A stretch of 64,000 nucleotides of DNA from Anaeromyxobacteraceae bacterium (GCA_047602405.1 JASGHJ010000002.1:608001-672000); one strand, 5' to 3'; counted from the first letter of the stretch, positions 39,035-49,460 are shown. Made by a program: numbers and translations. Notes: generated from the sequence alone by a model not told the origin.

Positions 39035-40825
39035 GTGCCTTCCATCAACGATCTGTCGATCCAGGTGGCGACCGCGAACGGGTCGGGCTCCCAGAGCTCG
39101 AACTCCGTCCTCCTGCGGGCCCTGTTCCAGATGGGCATCCCGGTCTCCGGGAAGAACCTCTTTCCCTCCAACATCGCCGGGCTCCCGACCTGGTACACGA
39201 TCCGCGCGTCGAAGGACGGGTGGATCGCGCGCAAGAAGGAGATCGACGTCCTCGTCGCGATGAACCCCGACACCGCGAAGGAGGACGTCCGCGGCCTCGC
39301 GCCCGGCAGCGCCGTCGTCTACGACGCGCCGCTCGCGCTCGAGGCGGTGCGCGACGACGTGGTCCTCTACCCCGTCGCGTTCGACAAGGTGGTCGACGGG
39401 CTGGGGGCCGACGCCAAGGTCAAGAAGCTCCTGCGCAACATGGCGTACGTGGGCGTCCTCGCGCGCCTGCTCGGCATCGAGATGGCCGAGGTCGAGAAGG
39501 CCATCGGGCGGGCCTTCGAGAAGAAGGTGAAGGCGCGCGACCTCAACGTCGCCGCAGCGCGCGCGGGCTTCGAGCACGCCGGGAAGCTCGAGAAGAAGGA
39601 CCGCTTCGCGGTCGAGCGGATGGACCGCACCGCCGGCAAGATCATGGTCGACGGCAACGAGGCGTGCGCCCTCGGCGCGCTCTTCGCGGGCGTGACGGTC
39701 GTGACCTGGTACCCCATCACGCCCTCCTCGTCGCTCGTCGAGCGGCTCATCGGCCACCTCCGGCGGCACCGCACCGGCCCCGACGGCAAGGCGACCTACG
39801 CGGTCGTGCAGGCCGAGGACGAGCTCGCCGCGATCGGCATGGTGCTCGGCGCCGGCTGGGCCGGCGCGCGCGCGATGACCGCGACGAGCGGCCCCGGCAT
39901 CTCCCTCATGTCCGAGTTCGCCGGCCTGGGCTACTTTGCCGAGATCCCGGCCGTCGTGTTCGACGTGCAGCGCGTCGGCCCGTCCACGGGCCTGCCGACC
40001 CGGACCGCGCAGGGCGACCTCCTCTCCACCGCGTTCCTCTCCCACGGCGACACCCGCCACCCCATCCTCCTGCCGGGCTCCGTCGAGGAGTGCTTCTCGA
40101 TGGGCACGCAGGCGTTCGACGTCGCGGAGCGGCTGCAGACGCCGGTGTTCGTGCTCACCGACCTCGACCTCGGCATGAACGTCTGGATGGGCGAGCCGTT
40201 CGAGTACCCGGACCGGCCCATGGACCGCGGCAAGGTGCTCGACGCCGCGGCTCTCGAGAAGGCCGGCGGGTTCGCCCGGTACCGCGACGTGGACGGCGAC
40301 GGCGTCGGCTGGCGCACGCTGCCCGGCACCCGCCACCCGAAGGCCGCGTACTTCACGCGCGGCACCGGCCACGACGACGCGGCGGTGTACTCGGAGAACC
40401 ACGAGATCTTCGAGCAGAACATGGCCCGCCTCGCGAGGAAGCTCTCCGCCGGGCGCGCCCACCTGCCCGCGCCGGTCCGGAGCGGCGCCGGCGCCCGGGT
40501 CGGCGTCATCTCCTACGGCTCCTCGCAGTTCGCCGTCGACGAGAGCCGCGCGCAGCTGCGCGCCGAGCGAGGCCTCGAGACCGACCACCTGCGCGTGCGG
40601 GCCTGGCCGTTCCACGACGAGGTCGAGGCCTTCGTGCGCGAGCACGACCGCGTCTACGTGGTCGAGCAGAACCGCGACGCGCAGCTCGCCGCGCTCCTGA
40701 AGATCGACCTGCCGGCCGCGCTCGTGGTGCGCCTCAGGCCCGTGGCCCACGTCCACGGCCTGCCGCTCGACGCGCGCAGCGTGACCGACGAGATTGCCGG
40801 CCTCGAAGCGAAGGAGGGGAAGTAG
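39035..40825 (+). CDS. 2-oxoacid:ferredoxin oxidoreductase alpha subunit (KorA-like)
   Basis: ATANGSGSQS, FPSNIAGLPTW, WYPITPSS, QAEDELAA, TATSGPG, VVEQN. Confidence 0.93.
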   Translation: MPSINDLSIQVATANGSGSQSSNSVLLRALFQMGIPVSGKNLFPSNIAGLPTWYTIRASKDGWIARKKEIDVLVAMNPDTAKEDVRGLAPGSAVVYDAPLALEAVRDDVVLYPVAFDKVVDGLGADAKVKKLLRNMAYVGVLARLLGIEMAEVEKAIGRAFEKKVKARDLNVAAARAGFEHAGKLEKKDRFAVERMDRTAGKIMVDGNEACALGALFAGVTVVTWYPITPSSSLVERLIGHLRRHRTGPDGKATYAVVQAEDELAAIGMVLGAGWAGARAMTATSGPGISLMSEFAGLGYFAEIPAVVFDVQRVGPSTGLPTRTAQGDLLSTAFLSHGDTRHPILLPGSVEECFSMGTQAFDVAERLQTPVFVLTDLDLGMNVWMGEPFEYPDRPMDRGKVLDAAALEKAGGFARYRDVDGDGVGWRTLPGTRHPKAAYFTRGTGHDDAAVYSENHEIFEQNMARLARKLSAGRAHLPAPVRSGAGARVGVISYGSSQFAVDESRAQLRAERGLETDHLRVRAWPFHDEVEAFVREHDRVYVVEQNRDAQLAALLKIDLPAALVVRLRPVAHVHGLPLDARSVTDEIAGLEAKEGK

Positions 40826-40827
40826 CC

Positions 40828-41877
40828 ATGGCCGACCCGACCACCCCCGCGGGGCCCGCCCTCAAGGTGAACCGCCTCGGCCTCGCGGTGCTCGACTACC
40901 GCGGCGGCAAGACCACGCTCTGCGCCGGCTGCGGCCACAACGCCATCTCCGAGCGGATCGTCGACGCGTTCTACGACCTCGGCGTCCAGCCGGAGCGCGT
41001 GGCGAAGCTCTCCGGCATCGGCTGCTCGTCGAAGAGCCCGGCCTACTTCCTCTCGCGCTCCCACGCGTTCAACTCGGTCCACGGGCGCATGCCGTCGGTC
41101 GCGACCGGCGCGGTGCTCGCGAACACGGGCCTGCTCGCCCTCGGCGTCTCCGGCGACGGCGACACGGCCTCCATCGGCATCGGCCAGTTCGTGCACCTGA
41201 TGCGCCGCAACGTGCCGATGATCTACGTCGTCGAGAACAACGGCGTGTACGGCCTCACGAAGGGCCAGTTCTCGGCCACCGCCGACGTCGGCTCGACGCT
41301 GAAGGGCGGGGTGGCGAACGATCTCCCGCCCATCGACGTCTGCGCGATGGCGATCCAGCTCGGGGCCACCTTCGTGGGCCGCAGCTTCTCCGGCGACAAG
41401 CGCCAGCTCTCGGCGATGCTGAAGGGCGCCATCGCCCACCGCGGCACCGCGCTCCTCGACGTGGTCTCGCCCTGCGTGACCTTCAACGACCACGAGGGCT
41501 CGACGAAGTCCTACGAGTACATGAAGGACCACGACGCCCCGCTCCAGGAGCTGAGCTTCATCCCGGCCTACGAGAACATCGAGGTCAGCTACGAGCCCGG
41601 GACGACCATCGACGTCGACATGCACGACGGCTCGAAGCTGCGCCTCAAGAAGCTCGAGGAGGGCTACGACCCCACCGACCGCATCCGCGCCGTCGCGCGG
41701 CTCATGGAGGCGGGCAGGAAGGGCGAGGTCCTCACCGGCGTGCTCTTCGCCGACACGAAGGCGCCCACGTTCGTCGACGGCCTCAAGCTCGTGGACGCGC
41801 CGCTCGCGACGCTGCCCGAGTCCGCGACGCGGCCTTCGCGCGCGGCGCTGGACGAGATTGTGGCGCGGCTGAGGTAG
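40828..41877 (+). CDS. 2-oxoacid:ferredoxin oxidoreductase beta subunit (KorB-like)
   Basis: LCAGCGH, SGIGCSS, HGR, GDGD, NNGVYGLTKGQFS, SPCVTFN. Confidence 0.93.
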   Translation: MADPTTPAGPALKVNRLGLAVLDYRGGKTTLCAGCGHNAISERIVDAFYDLGVQPERVAKLSGIGCSSKSPAYFLSRSHAFNSVHGRMPSVATGAVLANTGLLALGVSGDGDTASIGIGQFVHLMRRNVPMIYVVENNGVYGLTKGQFSATADVGSTLKGGVANDLPPIDVCAMAIQLGATFVGRSFSGDKRQLSAMLKGAIAHRGTALLDVVSPCVTFNDHEGSTKSYEYMKDHDAPLQELSFIPAYENIEVSYEPGTTIDVDMHDGSKLRLKKLEEGYDPTDRIRAVARLMEAGRKGEVLTGVLFADTKAPTFVDGLKLVDAPLATLPESATRPSRAALDEIVARLR

Positions 41878-42757
41878 CCGCGGCCGTCCCGACCCCGGCC
41901 GCCAGCGTGTCCGCGAGCCAGCGCACGAGGTGCGGCGCCGGCTGGCCGGCCCCCCACAGCGCCCAGTAGCGGCGCGGCCCGTCCACGGTGAGGGCGAACG
42001 GCGCGACGAGCGCGCCGCCCTCGACGAGCGGGCCGTAGAGCACCGGGCACAGCAGCGCCACGCCGACGCCCGCCACCGCCGCCGCGGCCTCGAGCTCGTA
42101 GCTCGCGAAGCGGGCGGCCGCGGAGCGTGGGGCGCCGCCCCGCAGGCCGGCGCGGGTGAACCAGCCCGGCCACCGATCGTCGGCGAGCAGCGGCAGGTCG
42201 AGGAGCCTGCGCGGCGACGGCGTACCCGGGGTCGCGCGGCGAGGGGAGCCCCACAGCGCCGGCGAGAGCATGGGCGTGCCCCGATCCTCGAGGAGGGCGA
42301 GCGCGGCGTACCCGGGGGGTGGCGCGACGGCGCTCCGGATCGCGACGTCGAAGCGATCGGGCGGCAGCGCGGCGTCGGTGGCGTCGAGCGCGATCGGGAC
42401 GGCGCCGGCCGTCGCGTCGTACGCGGAGAGGCGGGGCACGAGCCAGCGCGTCGCGAACGCCGGCGCGCACGTCACCCGGAGCGCACGGCGCAGCGTGCGG
42501 GCCCGATCGACGGCGGTGCGCACGGCGGCGACCGCCTCGTCGACGGTGCCGGCGAGCAGGCGGCCCTGGGCCGTCGCCGTGAGGCGCGGCCCGCGGCGCT
42601 CGAACAGCGACACGCCGAGGAGCGCCTCGAGGTTGCGGATCCGCGCGCTCACCGCGCTCGGGGTCAGGCACAGCTCCCTTGCCGCGCGCGAGAAGCTCCC
42701 GTGGCGCACGCAGGTCGCCAGCACGTGGAGGGCGTCGAGGGGAGGTGGGGGCGCCAT
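41783..42757 (-). CDS. LysR family regulator (GcvA-like)
   Basis: GSFSRAARELCLTPSAVSARIRNLE, WLVPRL, FDVAIR. The 3' end overlaps korB. Confidence 0.88.
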   Translation of the reverse strand: MAPPPPLDALHVLATCVRHGSFSRAARELCLTPSAVSARIRNLEALLGVSLFERRGPRLTATAQGRLLAGTVDEAVAAVRTAVDRARTLRRALRVTCAPAFATRWLVPRLSAYDATAGAVPIALDATDAALPPDRFDVAIRSAVAPPPGYAALALLEDRGTPMLSPALWGSPRRATPGTPSPRRLLDLPLLADDRWPGWFTRAGLRGGAPRSAAARFASYELEAAAAVAGVGVALLCPVLYGPLVEGGALVAPFALTVDGPRRYWALWGAGQPAPHLVRWLADTLAAGVGTAAATSAAPQSRPAPRAKAASRTRAASRAARPRA

Positions 42758-42831
42758 TTCAAGCCCGGTTCACGATCACGTCGAGAAGTCCTCGTTTTGA
42801 GCCGGCGGGCGGGGCGCCCAGGATGCGCGCC

Positions 42832-43446
42832 ATGAACCACCTACCACACCTCCTCGCAGCGCTGACCCTCACGCTGGCCGCCTGCAGCCACGCCGGCACC
42901 CCCGCCGGGGCCTCCGCCCCCGTCCCGCCCGGCTTCACGATGGAGCGCCAGGGCGCCATCGACGACTTCGCGTACTTCGAGGGCGGGTGGCAGACCGTCC
43001 AGCACCGGCTCGCCGCGCGCGGCGTCGGCAGCAAGGACTGGAACGACTTCCCCGCGACGCTGTGCGCGACCCCGTACCTCGACGGCGCGTCCACCATCGA
43101 CGAGCTGTACATGCCCACCCAGAAGCGCGCCGGGCTCACGGTGCGCACCTTCGATCGCGAGCGCCGCCAGTGGTCGATCTACTGGGTCAACGGCGCGAGC
43201 GGTCGGCTCGACCCGATCCCGACCGTCGGCGGCTTCCAGGGCGACCGCGGCGAGTTCTACGCGCGCGATCGCGACGGCGATCGCCCGGTCGAGGTCCGCT
43301 ACCTGTGGACGAAGCTCGACCGCGACCACGCGCGCTGGGAGCAGGCGTTCTCGTACGACCACCGGACCTGGGAGACCAACTGGAGCGCCGACTTCACCCG
43401 CGGCGACGCCGCGGCGCTGTGCGACCGCGGCCGGCCGAGGAGGTGA
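42832..43446 (+). CDS. Hypothetical lipoprotein
   Basis: Lipobox LAAC, DFAYFEGGW, WSIYW, RWEQAFS, WETNW. Divergent from the LysR gene. Confidence 0.75.
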   Translation: MNHLPHLLAALTLTLAACSHAGTPAGASAPVPPGFTMERQGAIDDFAYFEGGWQTVQHRLAARGVGSKDWNDFPATLCATPYLDGASTIDELYMPTQKRAGLTVRTFDRERRQWSIYWVNGASGRLDPIPTVGGFQGDRGEFYARDRDGDRPVEVRYLWTKLDRDHARWEQAFSYDHRTWETNWSADFTRGDAAALCDRGRPRR

Positions 43447-43459
43447 GCGGCGGGCGGAG

Positions 43460-45463
43460 TCACCACCCGCCACCTCCGCCGCCGCCGGAGCTCGAGGAGG
43501 ACGAGCTCGAGGAGAAGGAGCCGGACGAGCCGGAGGACGAGCTCGACGGCGCGGAGACGCCAGCGGACACCGACGCGAGCGCGCTCCAGGTCCCGCTCGC
43601 GCCGCCGCCCGAGAACGCGCCGCCGCCGCCGGTCCAGGTGGAGCCGAGGCCGCCGGACGGGCCAGCGCGGTTGCCGAGGGTGTCGCTCCCGATCCCGGTG
43701 TTCGGGACGATCCGGGTCGCGGACGCGCCGCCGTAGGCGCGCAGCCAGCGGTCGATGCCCGGCCCGAGCCCGAGGGCGATGAGGTACGGCAGCGCCTGGT
43801 CGGTGAGGGCCGGCTGCGGCTTCGCGAGCTCGGCGGCGAGCCACGCGCGCGCGGCGGACAGCCGGCTCCGCACGGTGACCTCGCCCGGGAGGAGGCGCGA
43901 GCGGGCGGCGCCGGCGGTGGCGAACACGGCCGCCGCCCAGAAGAGCGCGCTCTCGAGGACGGCCCAGCGGCCCGCCACGAGGCCGCCCTCCTCGTCGAGC
44001 ACCGGGTTCCAGGCGATGGACAGCACGAAGGCCAGGAACAGGAGGAGCGGGAGCGCGGCGAGGAAGAGGAGGGTGCCGCGCCGGGTGACCGCGCGCGCGT
44101 GCGCGCTCGCGCCGAGGGCGGCGAAGGTCACGAGGAAGGCGCCCACGAACGGCGGGCCGAAGACCAGCACGGGGTGCTCGCCGGCGAACAGGCCCACGCC
44201 GGCGGCGACGACGCCTGCCGCCGTGAGCGCAGCGGCGACCCAGCGGGGCCAGCGGGCCGGCTTCGTGGTGGTGCCCGGCGCCGGCGAGCCGCCCGCGCGC
44301 GCGTACATCGCGTGGACCTTCGACGCGAGGTCGCTCGAGATGCGCGTGGAGGGATCGAAGCCGCGGCTCGAGTAGTGGGAGCGGATGGCGGCCGAGCTCG
44401 TCTCGTCGCCGTTCGGGAAGAGCCCCGCCACGAGCGCGTTCTCGTAGCCCGGGAGCTTCCTGCGGTCGACCTTGAGCTTCATGCGGACGTCCTGCACGAG
44501 CCCCATCAGCTTCGAGGTCGAGCTGACCTCGATCTTGCCCTCCGCGGCCATGCGCGCGAGCACGGCCGAGACCTCCGGCGAGCCGACCTTGTCGTCCCAC
44601 GCGGCGCCGACGACCTCGGGCGGCAGCGACCAGACGTGCTGGTCCAGGAAGGCGGCGTCGACCGGGCCGGCGGGCGCGCCGCCGAGGCCGCGCAGCCCGG
44701 CGTCGCGCCGCAGCCAGCCCCACGCGCCCACGAGCAGCGCCGCGGCGAAGCAGAGGAGGGGCAGCCTGAAGCGCGGCTCGAACGGCGGCGCGGGCTCCGG
44801 GGGCGGCGGTGGCGTCCAGACGTCCGGCGCGACCGACCCGTCGTGCACGAGCACCTGGGAGAGCGTCACGCTCTGGCCGGGCGAGACGTTCTCGGTCTCG
44901 TAGGTGATCGGGCCGGCGTCGCCGCCCTCCGTCTTCCAGGCGGGGTCGAGCACGAGGCGCAGCGTGAACGCCTCGATGACGCCGCTGCGGTCCGGCATCC
45001 CGAAGTCGTGCTCGAGGTAGAGGAGCCCGGGCTCGTTCCGCTCGGACGGCCGGACAACGCGCGTGAGCACGTAGCGGAGCTCGTAGGTGAGTTCGGTGCC
45101 GGAGAACGGCGGATCCGACGCCTTCCGCGCGCGCCAGCGCACGGTCGAGGCATCGGTCATCCTGAAGTGATCGACCGCGTCGAGGTCGCCCTCGACCAGC
45201 GGCACCGCCCGGGAGGGCCCGTCGAGGCGCGCCATCCCCTCGAACAGCACCGCACGGCCCTCCTGCAGCGTCCACCTCCGCTCGCCGCCGTTCCAGTCGC
45301 CGGTGAGGACCATCACCTGGCGTTCCTTCACGTGCAGGAGCCCCTTCGCGTCGAGCGTCGCCTCGACGTCGAGCCGCTTCCAGTGGAGCTCCTTCCCGGC
45401 GGCGCGGGCCGTGCCGGGGAGGGAGAGGAGCGCCGCCAGGATCGCCGTGAGACGGAGCGTCAT
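43460..45463 (-). CDS. DUF2207-like membrane protein
   Basis: Signal peptide, LHVKERQ, TM segments, LPYLIALG, Gly/Ser tail ending GGGGGGW. Confidence 0.75.
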   Translation of the reverse strand: MTLRLTAILAALLSLPGTARAAGKELHWKRLDVEATLDAKGLLHVKERQVMVLTGDWNGGERRWTLQEGRAVLFEGMARLDGPSRAVPLVEGDLDAVDHFRMTDASTVRWRARKASDPPFSGTELTYELRYVLTRVVRPSERNEPGLLYLEHDFGMPDRSGVIEAFTLRLVLDPAWKTEGGDAGPITYETENVSPGQSVTLSQVLVHDGSVAPDVWTPPPPPEPAPPFEPRFRLPLLCFAAALLVGAWGWLRRDAGLRGLGGAPAGPVDAAFLDQHVWSLPPEVVGAAWDDKVGSPEVSAVLARMAAEGKIEVSSTSKLMGLVQDVRMKLKVDRRKLPGYENALVAGLFPNGDETSSAAIRSHYSSRGFDPSTRISSDLASKVHAMYARAGGSPAPGTTTKPARWPRWVAAALTAAGVVAAGVGLFAGEHPVLVFGPPFVGAFLVTFAALGASAHARAVTRRGTLLFLAALPLLLFLAFVLSIAWNPVLDEEGGLVAGRWAVLESALFWAAAVFATAGAARSRLLPGEVTVRSRLSAARAWLAAELAKPQPALTDQALPYLIALGLGPGIDRWLRAYGGASATRIVPNTGIGSDTLGNRAGPSGGLGSTWTGGGGAFSGGGASGTWSALASVSAGVSAPSSSSSGSSGSFSSSSSSSSSGGGGGGGW

Positions 45464-45512
45464 GGCGGGAGGATAGCGGAAACGGGCGATGCGGGGGCGG
45501 TACGCGCCGTGC

Positions 45513-46415
45513 TCACGCGAGCCGCGCGCGCGCGTACCGGCCCGGTGGCTGGCCCACGTGGCGGCTGAACGCGGTGCTGAACGCGCTCGCCGAGCCGTAC
45601 CCGACCCGCTCGGCCACGTCGCCGAGGGCGAGTCCGTCACGCCGAAGAAGCTCCTTCGCGACGGCCATGCGCCACGCGAGCAGGTACTCCATGGGCGGCA
45701 GGCCGACCGTGCGCGCGAAGCGCTCGAAGAAGGCCGAGCGGGACATGCCCGCGGCCTTCGCGAGCTGCGCCACGGTCCAGGAGCGGGCGACCTGGTCGTG
45801 CAGCTGTCGCAGCGCCCTCGCCAGCTGCGGGTCGGCCAGCCCGCGGACGAGCCCCGGCGGCGCGTCCTCACCCGTCACGGTCCGCAGCGCCTCGACGAGC
45901 AGCACCTCCACCAGGCGGGTGAGCACGAGCTCTCGCCCGGGTCGCCGCGCTCGCGCCTCGTCGCCGACGAGCCGCGCCAGGAGCGAGAGGCGCTCGGCGC
46001 CGCGCACGTGCACCACCGCGGGCAGGAGCGAGACCAGCAGCTTCGCGTCGGGTGTGGCGAACTCGAAGTAGCCCCCGAGCATCCGGACGTCGGGCGGACC
46101 GGTGCGGGTCCCGTGGCGGACCTCGCGCGCCGGCGCGGGATTCGCCCTCGGGTCCAGGCGGTCGGGCGTCACCGGCTGGAAGCCCGAGAGGGTGAAGCCC
46201 GGCGTCGCGGGGAGGAGCAGGAAGTCGCCGGCCTCCAGCGTGAGCGGGGGCTGGCCCTCGACGGCGAGCCGGCAGCGGCCCTCGAGCACGAGGCAGAAGC
46301 TCGGCTCGCCGAACTCCGAGTACCGGACGCCCCAGCGGCCCGCGCCGCTGATCAGCTTCGACGCGACCGCGCGGGGGCGCAGGAGCGCGATGACCTCCTC
46401 GAGTGGATCGCTCAT
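45513..46415 (-). CDS. AraC family regulator with cupin domain
   Basis: MSDPLEEV, WTVAQLAKAAGMSRSAF, PMEYLLAWRM, VGYGSASAFS. Confidence 0.92.
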   Translation of the reverse strand: MSDPLEEVIALLRPRAVASKLISGAGRWGVRYSEFGEPSFCLVLEGRCRLAVEGQPPLTLEAGDFLLLPATPGFTLSGFQPVTPDRLDPRANPAPAREVRHGTRTGPPDVRMLGGYFEFATPDAKLLVSLLPAVVHVRGAERLSLLARLVGDEARARRPGRELVLTRLVEVLLVEALRTVTGEDAPPGLVRGLADPQLARALRQLHDQVARSWTVAQLAKAAGMSRSAFFERFARTVGLPPMEYLLAWRMAVAKELLRRDGLALGDVAERVGYGSASAFSTAFSRHVGQPPGRYARARLA

Positions 46416-46488
46416 CCTGGACGCTCGCGAATGAAACGTGGACTGTGCATGATAGCGAGTCCAGAGACCGGCCGCTAACGTCTCCCGC

Positions 46489-47244
46489 ATGAAGAACGTG
46501 CTCATCACCGGTTGCTCCTCCGGCTACGGCCTCGAGACCGCGCGGCGCTTCCTCGCCGAGGGGTGGAACGTGGTCGCCACGATGCGGACGCCGCGGGAGG
46601 TCGCGCTGCCCCGGTCGGAGCGGCTGCGGGTCGTGGCGCTCGACGTGACGAGGCAGGGCAGCGTGTCCGCCGCGCTCGAGGCGAGCGGCCCGGTCGACGT
46701 GCTCGTCAACAACGCCGGCATCGGGGTCGTCGGCGCCTTCGAGGCCACCCCGATGGCGACGACGCGGGAGCTGTTCGAGACCAACACCTTCGGCGTCATG
46801 GCCATGGTGCAGGCGGTGCTGCCCGGGTTCCGCGCGCGCGGGTCGGGCGTGGTGGTGAACGTGACCTCCAGCGTCACGCTCGCGCCCATGCCGCTCGCGT
46901 CCGTGTACACGGCGAGCAAGATGGCCATCGAGGGCTTCACCGCCTCGCTCGCCCTGGAGCTCGAGGCGTTCGGGGTGCGGGTGAAGCTGGTCGAGCCCGG
47001 GTACTGCCCGACCACCCGCTTCGCGAGCAACGGCGGGGAGCGGATGCAGGGGCTGATCCCGGCGGCCTACGCGCCGTTCGCGGAGCCCATCTTCGCCGCG
47101 TTCGCTCACCCGGCCGCCGTGACCACCGAGGCCGACGTGGCCGAGGCGGTCTTCCAGGCTGCCAACGACACCTCGGGCCGGCTCCGCTTCCCGGCCGGGC
47201 CCGACGCCGTGGCCCTGGCGCAGGCGGCGTCGCCGGGGCGGTGA
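46489..47244 (+). CDS. Short-chain dehydrogenase/reductase
   Basis: ITGCSSGYG, NNAG, YTASK. Confidence 0.93.
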   Translation: MKNVLITGCSSGYGLETARRFLAEGWNVVATMRTPREVALPRSERLRVVALDVTRQGSVSAALEASGPVDVLVNNAGIGVVGAFEATPMATTRELFETNTFGVMAMVQAVLPGFRARGSGVVVNVTSSVTLAPMPLASVYTASKMAIEGFTASLALELEAFGVRVKLVEPGYCPTTRFASNGGERMQGLIPAAYAPFAEPIFAAFAHPAAVTTEADVAEAVFQAANDTSGRLRFPAGPDAVALAQAASPGR

Positions 47245-47264
47245 GGCTGCGGGCGAGGGGTGCG

Positions 47265-48899
47265 TCAGCGCTCCGGCTCGCCCGGGTGCGGCTTCACGAG
47301 CAACAGGTCCCCACCCTCGTCCGCGATCCGCTTCTGCCAGTGCGCGGGGTAGGGCGGGTGCGTGACCTTGCCCTGGGCGTCCCGGACGTTGCCGTCGAGG
47401 TACTTCCAGACGAGCCGCTCGCCGAGCTTCCGCCACCGCGCGGTCACGAGGTCGCCCTGCGCGACCGAGTACGCCGTGAGGTGATCGCGCGCGAGCCCGG
47501 GCGACTGCGCCCAGAGCGCGAGCGCGGCCTTCTCGAGCTCGGCCTGCCGGGCGACGAAGCCGCCCTCGAGCTCCTGCTGGACGGCCTTCACGTCCTGGAT
47601 CACGTCCACGTACCGGCTGCCGTAGGCCCAGTTCGCGACGAAGTTGAAGACCCAGAACGCGGAGTCCCAGGAGAACTCCTCGAAGCTGCCGGCGCCGACC
47701 GCGAAGGTCCTCGGGGCGGAGCGGTTGCCCGCGTACTGCGGCACGTAGACCGTGGAGTAGGTGTCGTCGAGGCCGAACCAGAGCACGCCGCCGATCGGCC
47801 CCGGCAGCGCGGCGCGCGCCTGCGCGACGAGCGAGTAGCCGGTCTGCTGCGTCGAGATGGCGCGCTCGTGGACGTACTTCTTCCCGTCGACGGCGAAGTT
47901 CATCGGCCGCCAGCGGTAGGGCAGCTCGAACGGCCCCGCGCCGACGCCCTTCGAGAGGTCGAGCGGCGTGCCCTCGAAGTGGTCGCGCATGAGCGTCATG
48001 ACGTCGCGCACGCCGAGCGGCTTCTCCGCCTTCACCCACAGCGGCAGGCGGGGCGCGCCGGGGGCGCCGAGCGCGTACTCCGGCCCGAGGGCCAGGGACG
48101 GCGCGACGCGGCGGAACACGCTCCACACCCGCGCCTCGCAGCCGCGCAGCGCGCCGAACGAGAGCGGCGCGTAGGCGTCGGCGAACGAGAACTCGGCGTC
48201 GGGGCCCTTGAAGAAGCCCTTCTCGCGCGCGAAGGAGATGACATCCTTCGCGTAGAGGGTGTTCCTCGCGTCGTCGAGCGGGAACTGGCGGATGCGGGCG
48301 TAGTTCGCGTGCGCGAGCACGTGGCCGTCGGGGAGGCGGCGGGCGACCCAGACCGCGCCCTTCCGGTCCGGGCCCTTGCCGATCATCTCGAGGACCCAGG
48401 CCTCCTTCGGATCGGCGATCGAGAAGGACTCGCCGGTCGAGGCGTAGCCGTGCTGCTCGACGAGCGACGTCATCACCTGGATCGCCTCGCGCGCCGTCCG
48501 GGCGCGCTCGAGGCCGAGCCACATCAGGCTCCCGTAGTCGACGCCGCCCTTCGGGTCCTGGAGCTCCTTGCGGCCGGTGAACGTGGACTCGGCGATCGAG
48601 ACCTGGTGCTCGTTCATGTGGCCGACGACGTTGTAGGTCACCGGGGCCTGCGGGATGCGGCCGAGCGACCTCCCGGAGTCCCACTCGATGATCTCCCGCG
48701 TCTCGCCCGGCTGGTGCGCGCCGGCCGGGGTGAGGACGAGCTCGCCGTAGAGCTCGTGCGAGTCGGCCGCGTAGGTGAGGTACGAGGAGCCGTCGGTGGT
48801 CGGGCCCGGCGCGACGACGATGCTCGTGCAGGGGACGGCCGCGGCGGGCAGGACGAGGGCGGCGGCGGCGAGGAGGTGGGCGAGGGTCTTCAGGCGCAT
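47265..48899 (-). CDS. Peptidase C69 family dipeptidase
   Basis: Signal peptide followed by the Ntn nucleophile CTSIVV, MNEHQVSIAESTF, GESFSIAD, ERAIS. Confidence 0.88.
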   Translation of the reverse strand: MRLKTLAHLLAAAALVLPAAAVPCTSIVVAPGPTTDGSSYLTYAADSHELYGELVLTPAGAHQPGETREIIEWDSGRSLGRIPQAPVTYNVVGHMNEHQVSIAESTFTGRKELQDPKGGVDYGSLMWLGLERARTAREAIQVMTSLVEQHGYASTGESFSIADPKEAWVLEMIGKGPDRKGAVWVARRLPDGHVLAHANYARIRQFPLDDARNTLYAKDVISFAREKGFFKGPDAEFSFADAYAPLSFGALRGCEARVWSVFRRVAPSLALGPEYALGAPGAPRLPLWVKAEKPLGVRDVMTLMRDHFEGTPLDLSKGVGAGPFELPYRWRPMNFAVDGKKYVHERAISTQQTGYSLVAQARAALPGPIGGVLWFGLDDTYSTVYVPQYAGNRSAPRTFAVGAGSFEEFSWDSAFWVFNFVANWAYGSRYVDVIQDVKAVQQELEGGFVARQAELEKAALALWAQSPGLARDHLTAYSVAQGDLVTARWRKLGERLVWKYLDGNVRDAQGKVTHPPYPAHWQKRIADEGGDLLLVKPHPGEPER

Positions 48900-48953
48900 G
48901 GCGGCGCAGGATAGCCGAAAGTCGGGCCGGGACGGTGGTCCCGGGGACCGATC

Positions 48954-49014
48954 CGGCGCAGACGTCTGCGCTCGGGGCCTTGGGGGCCGGTCCTGACGGC
49001 GCAGACGTCTGCGC
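48954..49014. repeat. Two perfect 16-bp palindromes GCGCAGACGTCTGCGC
   Basis: Copies at 48956-48971 and 48999-49014. Confidence 0.85.
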
Positions 49015-49019
49015 ACGGC

Positions 49020-49460
49020 TCACTTCGCCTTGGGCTTGCGCTCCCAGAGGACGTTCACGATCACCCAGCGCCCGTCGAACTTCGCGAGGTGCAGGTAGTC
49101 GATCCAGTCGGAGGCGACGACCTTCACGCTCGCGGCGTTCTCGAAGCGGTCCAGGAGGGTGACGTCCTTCTGTCGCCGCTCGGCTGGCGTGTCCTTCCCG
49201 CCGCCGCGGCGGACGCTGGCGACGAGCTTCGAGGCGCCCATCTGCTCGACCCGGCTCGCGCCGTCCTCGGTGACCACGATGCGCTTCGCGAGCTCGGGAT
49301 GCACCGCGCGCGCCATTCGCGCGGGGTCCGCCTCGTACCAGCCCTCGATGTAGTCGAGCGCCGCGCGCCGGATGGCCTCGGCCTCCGGGTCGGCCTCGGC
49401 CCGTGCGGGCAGGGCGGCGGTGGCGAGCGCGAGGGCGAGCAGTGCGGGGAGGGGGCGCAT
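49020..49460 (-). CDS. NTF2-like (lumazine-binding type) exported protein
   Basis: AALDYIEGWYEAD, HPELAKR, DYLHLAKFDGRWVIVNVLW. Confidence 0.85.
   Translation of the reverse strand: MRPLPALLALALATAALPARAEADPEAEAIRRAALDYIEGWYEADPARMARAVHPELAKRIVVTEDGASRVEQMGASKLVASVRRGGGKDTPAERRQKDVTLLDRFENAASVKVVASDWIDYLHLAKFDGRWVIVNVLWERKPKAK

Noticed and set aside
38075..40825. 916-aa TPR-KorA fusion
   Set aside because: The frameshift at ~38835 causes read-through; korA has its own start at 39035.
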